Origin: Escherichia coli
GTDB taxonomy: Bacteria; Pseudomonadota; Gammaproteobacteria; Enterobacterales; Enterobacteriaceae
Direction: 5' to 3' (one strand)
DNA: 64,000 bases
Assembly: GCF_003334315.1 (NCBI RefSeq)
Contig: NZ_QOWR01000005.1
Below the pieces are notes generated by a model. The model was not told the origin of the DNA and did no database searches. It worked only from the letters and a program-made list of their open reading frames with translations. The position numbers were made by a program, and so were the translations under genes. Positions within the stretch are counted from its first letter, which is position 1; each line of letters opens with the position of its first letter. Of this stretch, positions 1 to 10,713 are shown in pieces.

Positions 1-116
1 GGTTGAGAAGCGGTGTAAGTGAACTGCAGTTGCCATGTTTTACGGCAGTGAGAGCAGAGATAGCGCTGATGTCCGGCAGTACTTTTACCGTTACGCACCA
101 CGCCTTCAGTAGCTGA
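1..116 (+). CDS. Possible 3' end of a CDS that begins upstream of the window (sseB would be the K-12 neighbour)
   Basis: Frame 3 is open from the window edge to TGA at 114-116 (37 codons). Identity cannot be verified from this fragment; an open frame this short could be chance. Confidence 0.25.
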   Translation, partial: LRSGVSELQLPCFTAVRAEIALMSGSTFTVTHHAFSS

Positions 117-132
117 GCAGGAGGGACAACTG

Positions 133-189
133 ATGGAGATGGAAGCCACGGGAGCACCTCAAAAACACCATCATACACTAAATCAGTAA
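133..189 (+). CDS. Hypothetical 18-aa small ORF ([18 protein letters not shown])
   Basis: ATG at 133 preceded by AGGAGG at 119-124 (8-nt spacing); TAA at 187-189. Lies in the sseA-downstream intergenic region where K-12 carries the sRNA locus ryfA (from memory). Confidence 0.3.
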   Translation: MEMEATGAPQKHHHTLNQ

Positions 190-408
190 GTTGGCACCAT
201 TACCTGAATTCGGACTAATAAGCCAGGTTATTTTATTACCGAACACGGCGGAAAGGGCCGGTGTCGATAATACGCTAAATAAACAATAATTACTCTCTTT
301 TGCTTGACAAAAAGAGAGTTACTGGTGAGTATTGTTTTGCTGTGAAGCACCTGCGTTGCTCATGTAACACAAGTCAACCTGCTGGAAAGGCCGCGAACCA
401 GACTAGCA

Positions 409-440
409 ATAAAAAACCGCCAAATTCGGCGGTTTTTTAT
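409..440. terminator. Bidirectional rho-independent terminator (sseA 3' end and convergent upstream transcript)
   Basis: AAAAAACCGCC-aaattc-GGCGGTTTTTT: GC stem flanked by an A-run and a T-run, so it reads as a terminator on both strands. Confidence 0.7.
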
Positions 441-454
441 TGCCTGTAAAATAC

Positions 455-1300
455 TTATTTCACTGGCTCAACCGGTAAATCTGCCCGCGCGCCCCATTCA
501 CTCCATGCGCCGTCGTACAGTTTCACGTTTGGCACATCCAGCGTCGCGAGTGCTAACAAAACCACGGCTGCCGTTACACCAGAGCCGCAGCTGACGATAA
601 TTGGTTTGTCGTAGCTGACGCCGCGACCAAAAAATATCGCATCCAGTTCATCGGTCGTTTTTAGTTCGCCTTCGCGCACCAGTTCCGTCCACGGAACATT
701 CAGTGCTCCGGGAATATGTCCGCGACGTAAACCTGGGCGAGGTTCATCAACTTCTGCGTTAAAACGTGCAGCCGGGCGGGCATCAATAATTTGCGCCGTA
801 TTTTCATGGCTTGCCAATAATACATCGGTTACTTTCACCACGGCTTCAGGATTAAACGCGGCGTTAAACTCTCCTTCCGGCAGCTCTACTGCACCTTCTT
901 CTAACAGCAGATCATCGCGCTGCCAGCCTGCAAGTCCACCCCCCAGAATCGACACTTTCTCTACACCAAAGGTGCGCAGCATCCACCATGCTCGTGGGGC
1001 TGAGAAAAGATTACCTTCGTCATAGACAATCAGGTGCTTATCCTGGTTAACGCCTAATTCACGCATCGCCACGGCGAACGTTTCCGGGCGCGGCAGCATG
1101 TGCGGAAGCGGGGAAGTGTGATCAGAAAGCGCTTCGATATCAAAAAACACTGCGCCGGGAATATGTCCATTCAGATACTCCTGAGCAACGTTACGATCCT
1201 CCTGTCCAGGCGACGCCATGCGGGCATCGATAATCTGAATTTCCGGGTCATCAATATGTTCGGCGAGCCAGTCGGCTCCTACAAACCATGTCGTGGACAT
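455..1300 (-). CDS. sseA: 3-mercaptopyruvate sulfurtransferase (tandem rhodanese)
   Basis: Translation MSTTWFVGADWLAEHIDDPEIQIIDARM... recognised as SseA; 281 aa from the internal ATG at 1298-1300 (track ORF extends upstream to 1459). Confidence 0.95.
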   Translation of the reverse strand: MSTTWFVGADWLAEHIDDPEIQIIDARMASPGQEDRNVAQEYLNGHIPGAVFFDIEALSDHTSPLPHMLPRPETFAVAMRELGVNQDKHLIVYDEGNLFSAPRAWWMLRTFGVEKVSILGGGLAGWQRDDLLLEEGAVELPEGEFNAAFNPEAVVKVTDVLLASHENTAQIIDARPAARFNAEVDEPRPGLRRGHIPGALNVPWTELVREGELKTTDELDAIFFGRGVSYDKPIIVSCGSGVTAAVVLLALATLDVPNVKLYDGAWSEWGARADLPVEPVK

Positions 1301-1506
1301 AGGCATCTCCATTTTTGCCGGGGTTAGGCTAAATTGTCGGATGTTTAGTGAAAAGCGACAAGCAAAAGAGGCTGATTTGGCTGTCTGAGCCACAATTCTC
1401 ACTAAAATTCGGATTGTATGGGCGTGATACTGAATTACATAACGTAAATTCTCACGCATAATAATTATTCGACGTTGCTAACGGGCCATTGTGGCAGGGA
1501 TGAAAA

Positions 1507-4500
1507 ATGAAAAAGTTACGCGTAGCCGCCTGCATGCTAATGCTGGCGCTGGCAGGGTGCGACAACAACGATAACGCGCCAACAGCGGTGAAAAAAGATG
1601 CGCCTTCTGAAGTTACTAAAGCGGCCTCTTCAGAAAACGCGAGTTCAGCAAAACTCTCCGCGCCAGAGCGACAAAAACTGGCACAACAGAGTGCCGGTAA
1701 GGCGCTGACATTGCTGGATCTCTCTGAAGTCCAACTTGATGGTGCAGCCACGCTGGTGCTGACGTTCTCCATCCCTCTCGACCCGGATCAGGATTTCTCA
1801 CGCGTTATTCATGTCGTCGATAAAAAAAGCGGCAAAGTGGATGGTGCCTGGGAGCTGTCAGATAATCTTAAAGAGCTGCGTTTACGCCACCTCGAACCGA
1901 AACGTGATTTGATCGTTACTATTGGCAAGGAGGTCAAAGCACTCAACAACGCAACCTTCAGTAAAGATTACGAAAAAACTATAACTACCCGCGACATCCA
2001 ACCCAGCGTCGGTTTTGCCAGCCGTGGTTCGCTGCTGCCTGGTAAAGTCGTTGAAGGGCTGCCGGTAATGGCGCTCAACGTTAATAATGTCGATGTTAAC
2101 TTCTTTCGCGTTAAGCCAGAATCTCTGCCAGCATTCATTAGCCAATGGGAATACCGCAATTCGCTGGCGAACTGGCAGTCAGACAAACTGCTGCAGATGG
2201 CGGATCTGGTCTACACCGGACGGTTTGATCTCAATCCTGCGCGTAACACCCGTGAAAAATTATTGCTGCCGCTGGGCGATATCAAACCGCTTCAGCAGGC
2301 GGGCGTGTATCTGGCTGTGATGAATCAGGCTGGACGTTACGATTACAGTAATCCCGCGACGCTGTTTACGTTAAGTGATATCGGCGTTTCAGCTCACCGT
2401 TATCACAATCGTCTGGATATCTTTACCCAAAGTCTGGAAAACGGCGCGGCCCAGCAAGGAATTGAAGTCTCTTTATTAAATGAGAAAGGGCAGACTCTGA
2501 CTCAGGCAACCAGTGACGCTCAGGGGCATGTGCAGCTGGAAAATGATAAAAACGCGGCATTACTGTTGGCGCGTAAAGACGGTCAGACAACGCTACTCGA
2601 TTTAAAACTTCCGGCGCTGGACTTAGCAGAATTTAACATTGCTGGCGCGCCAGGCTATAGCAAACAGTTTTTCATGTTTGGCCCGCGCGATCTTTATCGC
2701 CCGGGTGAAACGGTAATCCTCAATGGTTTGCTGCGTGATGCAGACGGTAAAGCGTTGCCCGATCAACCCATCAAGTTAGACGTGATTAAACCCGACGGGC
2801 AGGTTCTCAGGAGCGTCGTTAGTCAGCCGGAGAATGGCCTCTACCACTTAACCTGGCCACTCGATAGCAATGCGGCAACCGGTATGTGGCATATTCGCGC
2901 TAACACGGGCGATAACCAGTATCGGATGTGGGATTTCCACGTCGAAGATTTTATGCCAGAGCGTATGGCGCTGAATCTGACCGGTGAGAAAACCCCGCTT
3001 ACGCCGAATGATGAAGTGAAATTCTCCGTGGTGGGATACTACCTGTACGGTGCGCCTGCTAATGGTAATACTTTGCAAGGGCAACTTTTCCTGCGCCCAC
3101 TGCGTGAGGCTGTGTCAGCCTTACCTGGTTTTGAATTCGGCGATATAGCTGCCGAAAACCTTTCCCGCACGCTGGATGAAGTTCAGTTGACGCTGGATGA
3201 TAAAGGGCGCGGCGAAGTTTCTACAGAAAGCCAGTGGAAGGAAACGCATTCCCCATTACAGGTTATTTTCCAGGGTAGTTTGCTGGAATCGGGCGGTCGC
3301 CCGGTGACGCGCCGCGCTGAGCAGGCTATCTGGCCTGCCGATGCATTGCCGGGGATCCGTCCGCAGTTCGCCTCGAAATCGGTTTACGATTATCGTACTG
3401 ACAGCACGGTGAAACAGCCCATTGTTGATGAAGGCAGTAACGCCGCTTTTGACATCGTTTATAGCGATGCGCAAGGCGTGAAAAAAGCCGTGTCGGGCTT
3501 GCAGGTGCGCCTGATTCGCGAACGCCGCGATTACTACTGGAACTGGTCAGAAGATGAAGGCTGGCAGTCACAGTTTGATCAAAAAGATCTGATCGAAAAT
3601 GAACAAACTCTGGATCTGAAAGCGGACGAAACCGGCAAGGTCAGTTTTCCGGTAGAGTGGGGTGCTTATCGTCTGGAAGTCAAAGCGCCGAATGAAGCGG
3701 TCAGTAGTGTTCGTTTCTGGGCTGGCTATAGCTGGCAGGACAACAGCGACGGGAGCGGTGCCGTGCGACCCGACCGTGTCACGCTGAAACTGGATAAAGC
3801 CAGTTATCGCCCTGGCGATACCATTAAGTTGCATATTGCCGCGCCAACGGCGGGTAAAGGTTATGCGATGGTCGAGTCCAGTGAAGGGCCGCTGTGGTGG
3901 CAAGAGATTGATGTTCCGGCTCAAGGGCTGGATCTGACGATTCCGGTCGATAAAACCTGGAATCGTCATGATCTTTATTTGAGTACGCTGGTGGTGCGTC
4001 CTGGCGATAAATCTCGCTCCGCGACGCCAAAACGCGCGGTTGGTGTGTTGCATCTGCCGCTTGGTGATGAAAACCGTCGCCTCGATCTGGCGCTGGAAAC
4101 ACCAGCAAAAATGCGTCCCAATCAACCATTAACCGTGAAAATTAAAGCCAGCACTAAAAATGGCGAGAAGCCTAAACAGGTGAATGTGCTGGTGTCTGCC
4201 GTTGATAGTGGTGTGCTGAATATTACTGACTACGTCACGCCAGATCCGTGGCAGGCGTTCTTTGGTCAGAAACGCTATGGCGCAGACATTTACGATATTT
4301 ACGGTCAGGTTATTGAAGGTCAGGGGCGTCTGGCAGCTCTGCGTTTCGGTGGCGATGGTGATGAGCTGAAACGTGGTGGTAAACCGCCGGTCAATCACGT
4401 CAATATTGTCGCGCAGCAGGCGCTGCCGGTAACGCTCAACGAACAGGGCGAAGGCTCGGTTACACTGCCGATTGGCGATTTTAACGGTGAATTGCGCGTC

Positions 4501-6468
4501 ATGGCGCAAGCCTGGACGGCAGATGACTTCGGTAGCAACGAAAGTAAAGTGATAGTTGCCGCACCGGTGATTGCTGAACTGAACATGCCGCGCTTTATGG
4601 CGAGTGGCGATACCTCGCGTCTGACGCTGGATATCACTAATCTTACCGATAAACCGCAAAAACTGAACGTTGCCCTGACCGCCAGTGGTTTGCTTGAACT
4701 GGTCAGCGATTCACCCGCAGCCGTTGAATTAGCGCCAGGTGTGCGTACTACGCTGTTTATCCCGGTGCGAGCATTGCCGGGTTATGGCGATGGAGAAATT
4801 CAGGTCACCATTAGCGGGTTAGCGTTACCGGGTGAAACCGTTGCCGATCAGCATAAGCAGTGGAAAATCGGCGTCCGTCCGGCGTTCCCGGCACAAACGG
4901 TTAATTACGGTACGGCGTTACAGCCTGGTGAGACATGGGCGATTCCGGCGGATGGATTGCAAAACTTCTCGCCTGTTACGCTGGAAGGGCAATTGTTGTT
5001 GAGCGGCAAACCACCGCTGAACATCGCACGTTATATCAAAGAGTTAAAAGCGTATCCGTACGGCTGTCTTGAGCAAACCGCCAGCGGCCTGTTTCCGTCA
5101 CTTTATACCAACGCAGCCCAACTGCAGGCGTTGGGCATCAAAGGCGACAGTGATGAGAAACGCCGTGCATCGGTCGATATCGGCATTTCCCGTTTGCTGC
5201 AAATGCAACGTGATAACGGCGGCTTTGCGCTGTGGGATAAAAACGGTGACGAAGAGTACTGGCTGACGGCTTACGTGATGGATTTCCTGGTCCGCGCAGG
5301 CGAACAGGGTTACAGCGTGCCGACAGACGCCATTAACCGGGGTAATGAGCGTCTGCTGCGCTATTTACAAGATCCGGGCATGATGTCGATCCCGTACGCG
5401 GATAATCTCAAAGCCAGTAAATTCGCCGTTCAGTCTTACGCTGCGCTGGTGCTGGCCCGTCAGCAAAAAGCACCACTGGGTGCGCTGCGTGAAATCTGGG
5501 AGCATCGTGCAGATGCCGCTTCTGGTTTACCGCTGCTGCAACTTGGCGTTGCGCTGAAAACCATGGGTGATGCAACGCGTGGTGAAGAAGCGATTGTGCT
5601 GGCGCTGAAAACGCCGCGTAATAGTGATGAGCGGATATGGCTGGGTGATTACGGTAGTCCACTGCGCGACAACGCGTTAATGCTCTCCTTGCTGGAAGAA
5701 AATAAACTGCTACCCGATGAGCAGTACACTTTGCTGAACACACTTTCGCAGCAGGCGTTTGGTGAACGCTGGCTATCGACGCAGGAAAGTAACGCGTTGT
5801 TCCTGGCTGCCCGTACGATTCAGGATTTACCGGGTAAATGGCAGGCGCAAACCTCTTTCTCAGCTGAGCCGCTGACAGGCGAGAAAACGCTAAACAGCAA
5901 TCTGAATAGCGATCAACTTGCCACCTTGCAGGTGAGAAACAGTGGCGATCAGCCGTTATGGTTGCGTATGGATGCCAGCGGTTATCCGCAATCCGCACCT
6001 TTACCGGCGAACAATGTGCTGCAAATCGAGCGTCATATTCTTGGTACTGATGGTAAGAGCAAATCGCTGGACTCGTTACGTAGCGGCGATCTGGTGCTGG
6101 TCTGGTTGCAGGTAAAAGCCAGTAACAGCGTGCCGGATGCGTTAGTCGTGGATCTGCTGCCTGCGGGTCTGGAACTGGAAAGCCAGAATCTGGCGAACGG
6201 TAGCGCCAGCCTGGAGCAAAGTGGTGGCGAAGTGCAGAACTTACTGAACCAGATGCAGCAGGCGAGCATTAAGCACATTGAGTTCCGTGACGATCGCTTT
6301 GTGGCGGCGGTTGCCGTTGATGAATACCAACCGGTAACGCTGGTGTATCTGGCGCGGGCGGTGACGCCGGGAACGTATCAGGTACCGCAACCGATGGTGG
6401 AATCAATGTATGTTCCCCAATGGCGGGCGACCGGCGCGGCTGAAGATCTGCTGATTGTCAGACCGTAA
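1507..6468 (+). CDS. yfhM: Alpha-2-macroglobulin family lipoprotein
   Basis: 1653 aa; lipoprotein signal MKKLRVAACMLMLALAGC; thioester motif CLEQ encoded at 5065-5076. Confidence 0.95.
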   Translation: MKKLRVAACMLMLALAGCDNNDNAPTAVKKDAPSEVTKAASSENASSAKLSAPERQKLAQQSAGKALTLLDLSEVQLDGAATLVLTFSIPLDPDQDFSRVIHVVDKKSGKVDGAWELSDNLKELRLRHLEPKRDLIVTIGKEVKALNNATFSKDYEKTITTRDIQPSVGFASRGSLLPGKVVEGLPVMALNVNNVDVNFFRVKPESLPAFISQWEYRNSLANWQSDKLLQMADLVYTGRFDLNPARNTREKLLLPLGDIKPLQQAGVYLAVMNQAGRYDYSNPATLFTLSDIGVSAHRYHNRLDIFTQSLENGAAQQGIEVSLLNEKGQTLTQATSDAQGHVQLENDKNAALLLARKDGQTTLLDLKLPALDLAEFNIAGAPGYSKQFFMFGPRDLYRPGETVILNGLLRDADGKALPDQPIKLDVIKPDGQVLRSVVSQPENGLYHLTWPLDSNAATGMWHIRANTGDNQYRMWDFHVEDFMPERMALNLTGEKTPLTPNDEVKFSVVGYYLYGAPANGNTLQGQLFLRPLREAVSALPGFEFGDIAAENLSRTLDEVQLTLDDKGRGEVSTESQWKETHSPLQVIFQGSLLESGGRPVTRRAEQAIWPADALPGIRPQFASKSVYDYRTDSTVKQPIVDEGSNAAFDIVYSDAQGVKKAVSGLQVRLIRERRDYYWNWSEDEGWQSQFDQKDLIENEQTLDLKADETGKVSFPVEWGAYRLEVKAPNEAVSSVRFWAGYSWQDNSDGSGAVRPDRVTLKLDKASYRPGDTIKLHIAAPTAGKGYAMVESSEGPLWWQEIDVPAQGLDLTIPVDKTWNRHDLYLSTLVVRPGDKSRSATPKRAVGVLHLPLGDENRRLDLALETPAKMRPNQPLTVKIKASTKNGEKPKQVNVLVSAVDSGVLNITDYVTPDPWQAFFGQKRYGADIYDIYGQVIEGQGRLAALRFGGDGDELKRGGKPPVNHVNIVAQQALPVTLNEQGEGSVTLPIGDFNGELRVMAQAWTADDFGSNESKVIVAAPVIAELNMPRFMASGDTSRLTLDITNLTDKPQKLNVALTASGLLELVSDSPAAVELAPGVRTTLFIPVRALPGYGDGEIQVTISGLALPGETVADQHKQWKIGVRPAFPAQTVNYGTALQPGETWAIPADGLQNFSPVTLEGQLLLSGKPPLNIARYIKELKAYPYGCLEQTASGLFPSLYTNAAQLQALGIKGDSDEKRRASVDIGISRLLQMQRDNGGFALWDKNGDEEYWLTAYVMDFLVRAGEQGYSVPTDAINRGNERLLRYLQDPGMMSIPYADNLKASKFAVQSYAALVLARQQKAPLGALREIWEHRADAASGLPLLQLGVALKTMGDATRGEEAIVLALKTPRNSDERIWLGDYGSPLRDNALMLSLLEENKLLPDEQYTLLNTLSQQAFGERWLSTQESNALFLAARTIQDLPGKWQAQTSFSAEPLTGEKTLNSNLNSDQLATLQVRNSGDQPLWLRMDASGYPQSAPLPANNVLQIERHILGTDGKSKSLDSLRSGDLVLVWLQVKASNSVPDALVVDLLPAGLELESQNLANGSASLEQSGGEVQNLLNQMQQASIKHIEFRDDRFVAAVAVDEYQPVTLVYLARAVTPGTYQVPQPMVESMYVPQWRATGAAEDLLIVRP

Positions 6469-8781
6469 ATGCCTCGCTTGTTAACCAAACGCGGCTGCTG
6501 GATAACGTTGGCAGCCGCGCCCTTTCTCCTTTTTCTTGCAGCGTGGGGAGCAGATAAACTCTGGCCTCTACCGCTGCATGAAGTCAATCCCGCACGAGTG
6601 GTCGTGGCGCAGGATGGTACGCCGCTCTGGCGCTTCGCCGATGCTGACGGCATCTGGCGTTATCCGGTAACAATCGAAGATGTTTCTCCACGTTACCTTG
6701 AAGCGCTGATCAATTATGAAGATCGCTGGTTCTGGAAGCATCCGGGGGTGAATCCATTCTCGGTGGCGCGCGCAGCATGGCAAGATCTCACTTCGGGACG
6801 GGTTATTTCCGGTGGCAGCACGCTCACTATGCAGGTTGCTCGTCTGCTTGATCCTCACCCCAAAACATTTGGCGGCAAAATTCGCCAGCTCTGGCGCGCG
6901 TTGCAACTGGAATGGCATCTGTCTAAGCGTGAAATTCTGACCTTGTATCTTAACCGCGCTCCGTTTGGCGGTACGTTGCAGGGGATCGGTGCGGCAAGTT
7001 GGGCTTATCTCGGAAAATCGCCTGCGAATTTAAGCTATTCCGAGGCGGCAATGCTGGCGGTTTTGCCGCAAGCGCCCAGCCGTCTTCGCCCGGATCGTTG
7101 GCCGGAGCGTGCCGAAGCCGCGCGTAATAAAGTGCTCGAACGGATGGCCGTGCAAGGTGTGTGGTCCCGTGAGCAGGTAAAAGAGTCAAGGGAAGAACCC
7201 ATCTGGCTGGCCCCCCGACAAATGCCGCAACTGGCACCGCTGTTTTCGCGCATGATGCTCGGTAAAAGCAAAAGCGACAAAATCACTACTACGTTGGATG
7301 CCGGTCTTCAACGACGTCTGGAAGAACTGGCGCAAAACTGGAAAGGGCGGTTGCCACCGCGCAGCTCACTGGCGATGATCGTGGTTGATCATACCGATAT
7401 GCGTGTTCGCGGCTGGGTGGGATCGGTTGATCTCAACGATGATTCACGCTTTGGTCATGTTGATATGGTCAATTCGATCCGATCGCCAGGATCAGTGCTC
7501 AAACCGTTTGTTTATGGTCTGGCGCTGGATGAAGGCTTGATCCACCCGGCATCACTGCTGCAAGACGTCCCCCGGCGCACCGGTGATTATCGACCAGGTA
7601 ACTTTGATAGCGGTTTTCATGGCCCGATCAGCATGAGCGAGGCGCTGGTGCGCTCGCTGAACTTACCTGCTGTGCAGGTGCTGGAAGCCTATGGACCGAA
7701 ACGGTTTGCGGCAAAGTTACGCAATGTTGGATTGCCGTTATATTTGCCCAACGGTGCTGCGCCGAATCTTTCACTCATTCTCGGCGGCGCTGGTGCAAAA
7801 CTGGAAGATATGGCGGCAGCGTATACCGCGTTTGCTCGCCACGGCAAGGCAGGCAAATTGCGCTTACAGCCTGACGATCCGCTGCTTGAACGGCCTTTAA
7901 TGTCGTCGGGGGCGGCGTGGATCATTCGCCGGATTATGGCTGATGAAGCGCAACCCTTGCCGGATAGTGCCTTGCCGCGCGTCGCCCCACTGGCATGGAA
8001 AACGGGCACCAGCTATGGCTATCGTGACGCCTGGGCGATTGGGGTTAACGCTCGCTATGTCATTGGGATCTGGACTGGCAGACCGGACGGCACGCCCGTT
8101 GTTGGTCAGTTTGGCTTTGCCAGTGCCGTACCATTGTTGAATCAGGTCAATAATATCTTACTGTCGCGCAGTGCGAATCTGCCGGAAGACCCGCGCCCGA
8201 ACTCAGTCACTCGTGGCGTTATCTGCTGGCCGGGCGGACAGTCTTTGCCGGAAGGTGACGGTAACTGTCGCCGCCGCCTGGCAACCTGGCTGCTGGACGG
8301 GAGTCAGCCGCCAACTCTATTACTGCCGGAGCAGGAAGGCATTAATGGCATTCGTTTCCCCATCTGGCTGGATGAAAATGGCAAACGTGTTGCCGCTGAT
8401 TGCCCGCAAGCGCGACAAGAAATGATAAATGTCTGGCCGCTACCGCTGGAACCCTGGCTGCCCGCATCAGAACGTCGCGCTGTGCGCTTACCACCGGCCT
8501 CGACAAGTTGCCCGCCATACGGTCACGATGCCCAGCTCCCGCTGCAGCTGACAGGCGTTCGCGATGGCGCGATTATTAAACGTTTACCGGGCGCAGCGGA
8601 AGCGACTTTGCCGTTGCAATCAAGTGGAGGGGCAGGTGAACGCTGGTGGTTTCTGAATGGCGAACCGTTAACTGAACGCGGGCGCAACGTGACCCTGCAT
8701 TTGACGGATAAAGGTGATTATCAATTGCTGGTGATGGATGACGTGGGGCAAATCGCGACAGTGAAATTTGTCATGCAATAG
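6469..8781 (+). CDS. pbpC: Penicillin-binding protein 1C (glycosyltransferase/transpeptidase)
   Basis: 770 aa; the ATG abuts the yfhM TAA (TAAATG), as in the K-12 yfhM-pbpC operon. Confidence 0.95.
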   Translation: MPRLLTKRGCWITLAAAPFLLFLAAWGADKLWPLPLHEVNPARVVVAQDGTPLWRFADADGIWRYPVTIEDVSPRYLEALINYEDRWFWKHPGVNPFSVARAAWQDLTSGRVISGGSTLTMQVARLLDPHPKTFGGKIRQLWRALQLEWHLSKREILTLYLNRAPFGGTLQGIGAASWAYLGKSPANLSYSEAAMLAVLPQAPSRLRPDRWPERAEAARNKVLERMAVQGVWSREQVKESREEPIWLAPRQMPQLAPLFSRMMLGKSKSDKITTTLDAGLQRRLEELAQNWKGRLPPRSSLAMIVVDHTDMRVRGWVGSVDLNDDSRFGHVDMVNSIRSPGSVLKPFVYGLALDEGLIHPASLLQDVPRRTGDYRPGNFDSGFHGPISMSEALVRSLNLPAVQVLEAYGPKRFAAKLRNVGLPLYLPNGAAPNLSLILGGAGAKLEDMAAAYTAFARHGKAGKLRLQPDDPLLERPLMSSGAAWIIRRIMADEAQPLPDSALPRVAPLAWKTGTSYGYRDAWAIGVNARYVIGIWTGRPDGTPVVGQFGFASAVPLLNQVNNILLSRSANLPEDPRPNSVTRGVICWPGGQSLPEGDGNCRRRLATWLLDGSQPPTLLLPEQEGINGIRFPIWLDENGKRVAADCPQARQEMINVWPLPLEPWLPASERRAVRLPPASTSCPPYGHDAQLPLQLTGVRDGAIIKRLPGAAEATLPLQSSGGAGERWWFLNGEPLTERGRNVTLHLTDKGDYQLLVMDDVGQIATVKFVMQ

Positions 8782-8929
8782 TCTGTTTTGTCCCTGATTG
8801 TTGCTAAAACTCATTTTATTTTAAAAAAATGTTACCTTCATCAATAGTCAACGGCCCTGTTGCTCATTATAATCCGCGCCATCTCGTACGCTGGTACAGA
8901 CAACAACAGAACAATTTACAGAGGTAAAA

Positions 8930-9361
8930 ATGGCTATTGAACGTACTTTTTCCATCATCAAACCGAACGCGGTAGCAAAAAACGTCATTGGTAATATCTT
9001 TGCGCGCTTTGAAGCTGCAGGGTTCAAAATTGTTGGCACCAAAATGCTGCACCTGACCGTTGAACAGGCACGTGGCTTTTATGCTGAACACGATGGAAAA
9101 CCGTTCTTTGATGGTCTGGTTGAATTCATGACCTCTGGCCCGATCGTGGTTTCCGTGCTGGAAGGTGAAAACGCCGTTCAGCGTCACCGCGATCTGCTGG
9201 GCGCGACCAATCCGGCAAACGCACTGGCTGGTACTCTGCGCGCTGATTACGCTGACAGCCTGACCGAAAACGGTACCCACGGTTCTGATTCCGTCGAATC
9301 TGCCGCTCGCGAAATCGCTTATTTCTTTGGCGAAGGCGAAGTGTGCCCGCGCACCCGTTAA
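8930..9361 (+). CDS. ndk: Nucleoside diphosphate kinase
   Basis: 143 aa, [32 protein letters not shown]...; SD upstream. Confidence 0.97.
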
Positions 9362-9423
9362 TAATTTCGTAAATGCCGCGTGCAAACGTGGCATCCGTGC
9401 GCCAGAATTTGTACAATGCAGCG

Positions 9424-9464
9424 CCCCCGGACGAGCAGCCGCTCACCGGGGCGTTTCTTTTTTC
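9424..9464 (+). terminator. Putative intrinsic terminator/attenuator between ndk and rlmN
   Basis: CCCCGG...CCGGGG stem followed by cgTTTCTTTTTT. Confidence 0.5.
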
Positions 9465-9510
9465 AACCCTCCAGGGGCCATAACGTGTAATAACGAGGCC
9501 GGAATAGCAT

Positions 9511-10665
9511 ATGTCTGAACAATTAGTCACACCTGAAAACGTCACCACGAAAGATGGAAAAATCAACCTGCTGGATCTCAACCGTCAGCAGATGCGGGAG
9601 TTTTTTAAAGATTTAGGTGAAAAACCCTTCCGCGCCGATCAGGTGATGAAGTGGATGTATCACTATTGCTGCGACAACTTTGATGAGATGACCGACATCA
9701 ACAAAGTGTTGCGCGGCAAACTGAAAGAGGTGGCGGAAATCCGCGCACCGGAAGTGGTTGAAGAACAGCGTTCATCCGACGGCACCATTAAATGGGCGAT
9801 CGCCGTTGGCGATCAGCGCGTCGAAACGGTGTATATCCCGGAAGACGACCGTGCCACGCTCTGCGTCTCTTCGCAGGTGGGGTGTGCGCTGGAGTGTAAA
9901 TTCTGTTCCACCGCCCAGCAGGGCTTTAACCGCAACCTGCGGGTATCGGAAATTATTGGCCAGGTGTGGCGTGCGGCGAAAATCGTCGGCGCAGCAAAAG
10001 TCACCGGTCAGCGCCCAATCACTAACGTAGTGATGATGGGCATGGGCGAGCCGCTGCTCAACCTGAACAACGTCGTTCCGGCGATGGAAATCATGCTTGA
10101 TGATTTCGGTTTTGGCCTGTCTAAACGTCGCGTCACGCTTTCTACTTCCGGTGTAGTTCCGGCGCTGGATAAACTGGGCGATATGATCGACGTTGCACTG
10201 GCAATTTCCCTGCACGCGCCGAACGACGAAATTCGTGACGAAATTGTGCCGATCAACAAAAAGTACAATATCGAAACGTTCCTTGCTGCGGTGCGCCGTT
10301 ATCTGGAGAAATCCAACGCCAATCAAGGCCGAGTCACTATTGAATACGTGATGCTTGACCACGTTAACGACGGCACTGAACACGCTCACCAACTGGCGGA
10401 ACTGCTGAAAGATACGCCGTGTAAGATCAACCTGATCCCGTGGAACCCGTTCCCGGGTGCGCCGTATGGACGCAGCTCGAACAGCCGTATCGACCGTTTC
10501 TCAAAAGTGCTGATGAGCTACGGTTTCACCACTATTGTGCGTAAAACGCGTGGTGATGATATCGATGCTGCCTGTGGTCAGTTGGCGGGCGATGTTATCG
10601 ACCGTACGAAACGTACCCTGCGTAAACGGATGCAGGGTGAAGCCATCGACATTAAAGCGGTCTGA
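9511..10665 (+). CDS. rlmN: 23S rRNA m2A2503 / tRNA m2A37 methyltransferase (radical SAM)
   Basis: 384 aa; radical-SAM Cys motif CALECKFC; [23 protein letters not shown]... Confidence 0.95.
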
Positions 10666-10668
10666 TAG

Positions 10669-10713
10669 CCATTACGCCACGGTTACTTTATGTACCGTGG
10701 CGTAATGTTTTAT
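10669..10713 (+). terminator. Intrinsic terminator after rlmN
   Basis: 13-bp stem CATTACGCCACGG / CCGTGGCGTAATG followed by TTTTAT. Confidence 0.6.

Noticed and set aside
3568-5998. Antisense ORFs of 170-200 codons inside yfhM (3568-4125, 4129-4659, 5408-5998, minus strand)
   Set aside because: They lie wholly within the well-supported yfhM frame on the opposite strand, have no SD or promoter context, and have Arg/His/Cys-rich composition typical of antisense frames of a GC-rich gene.
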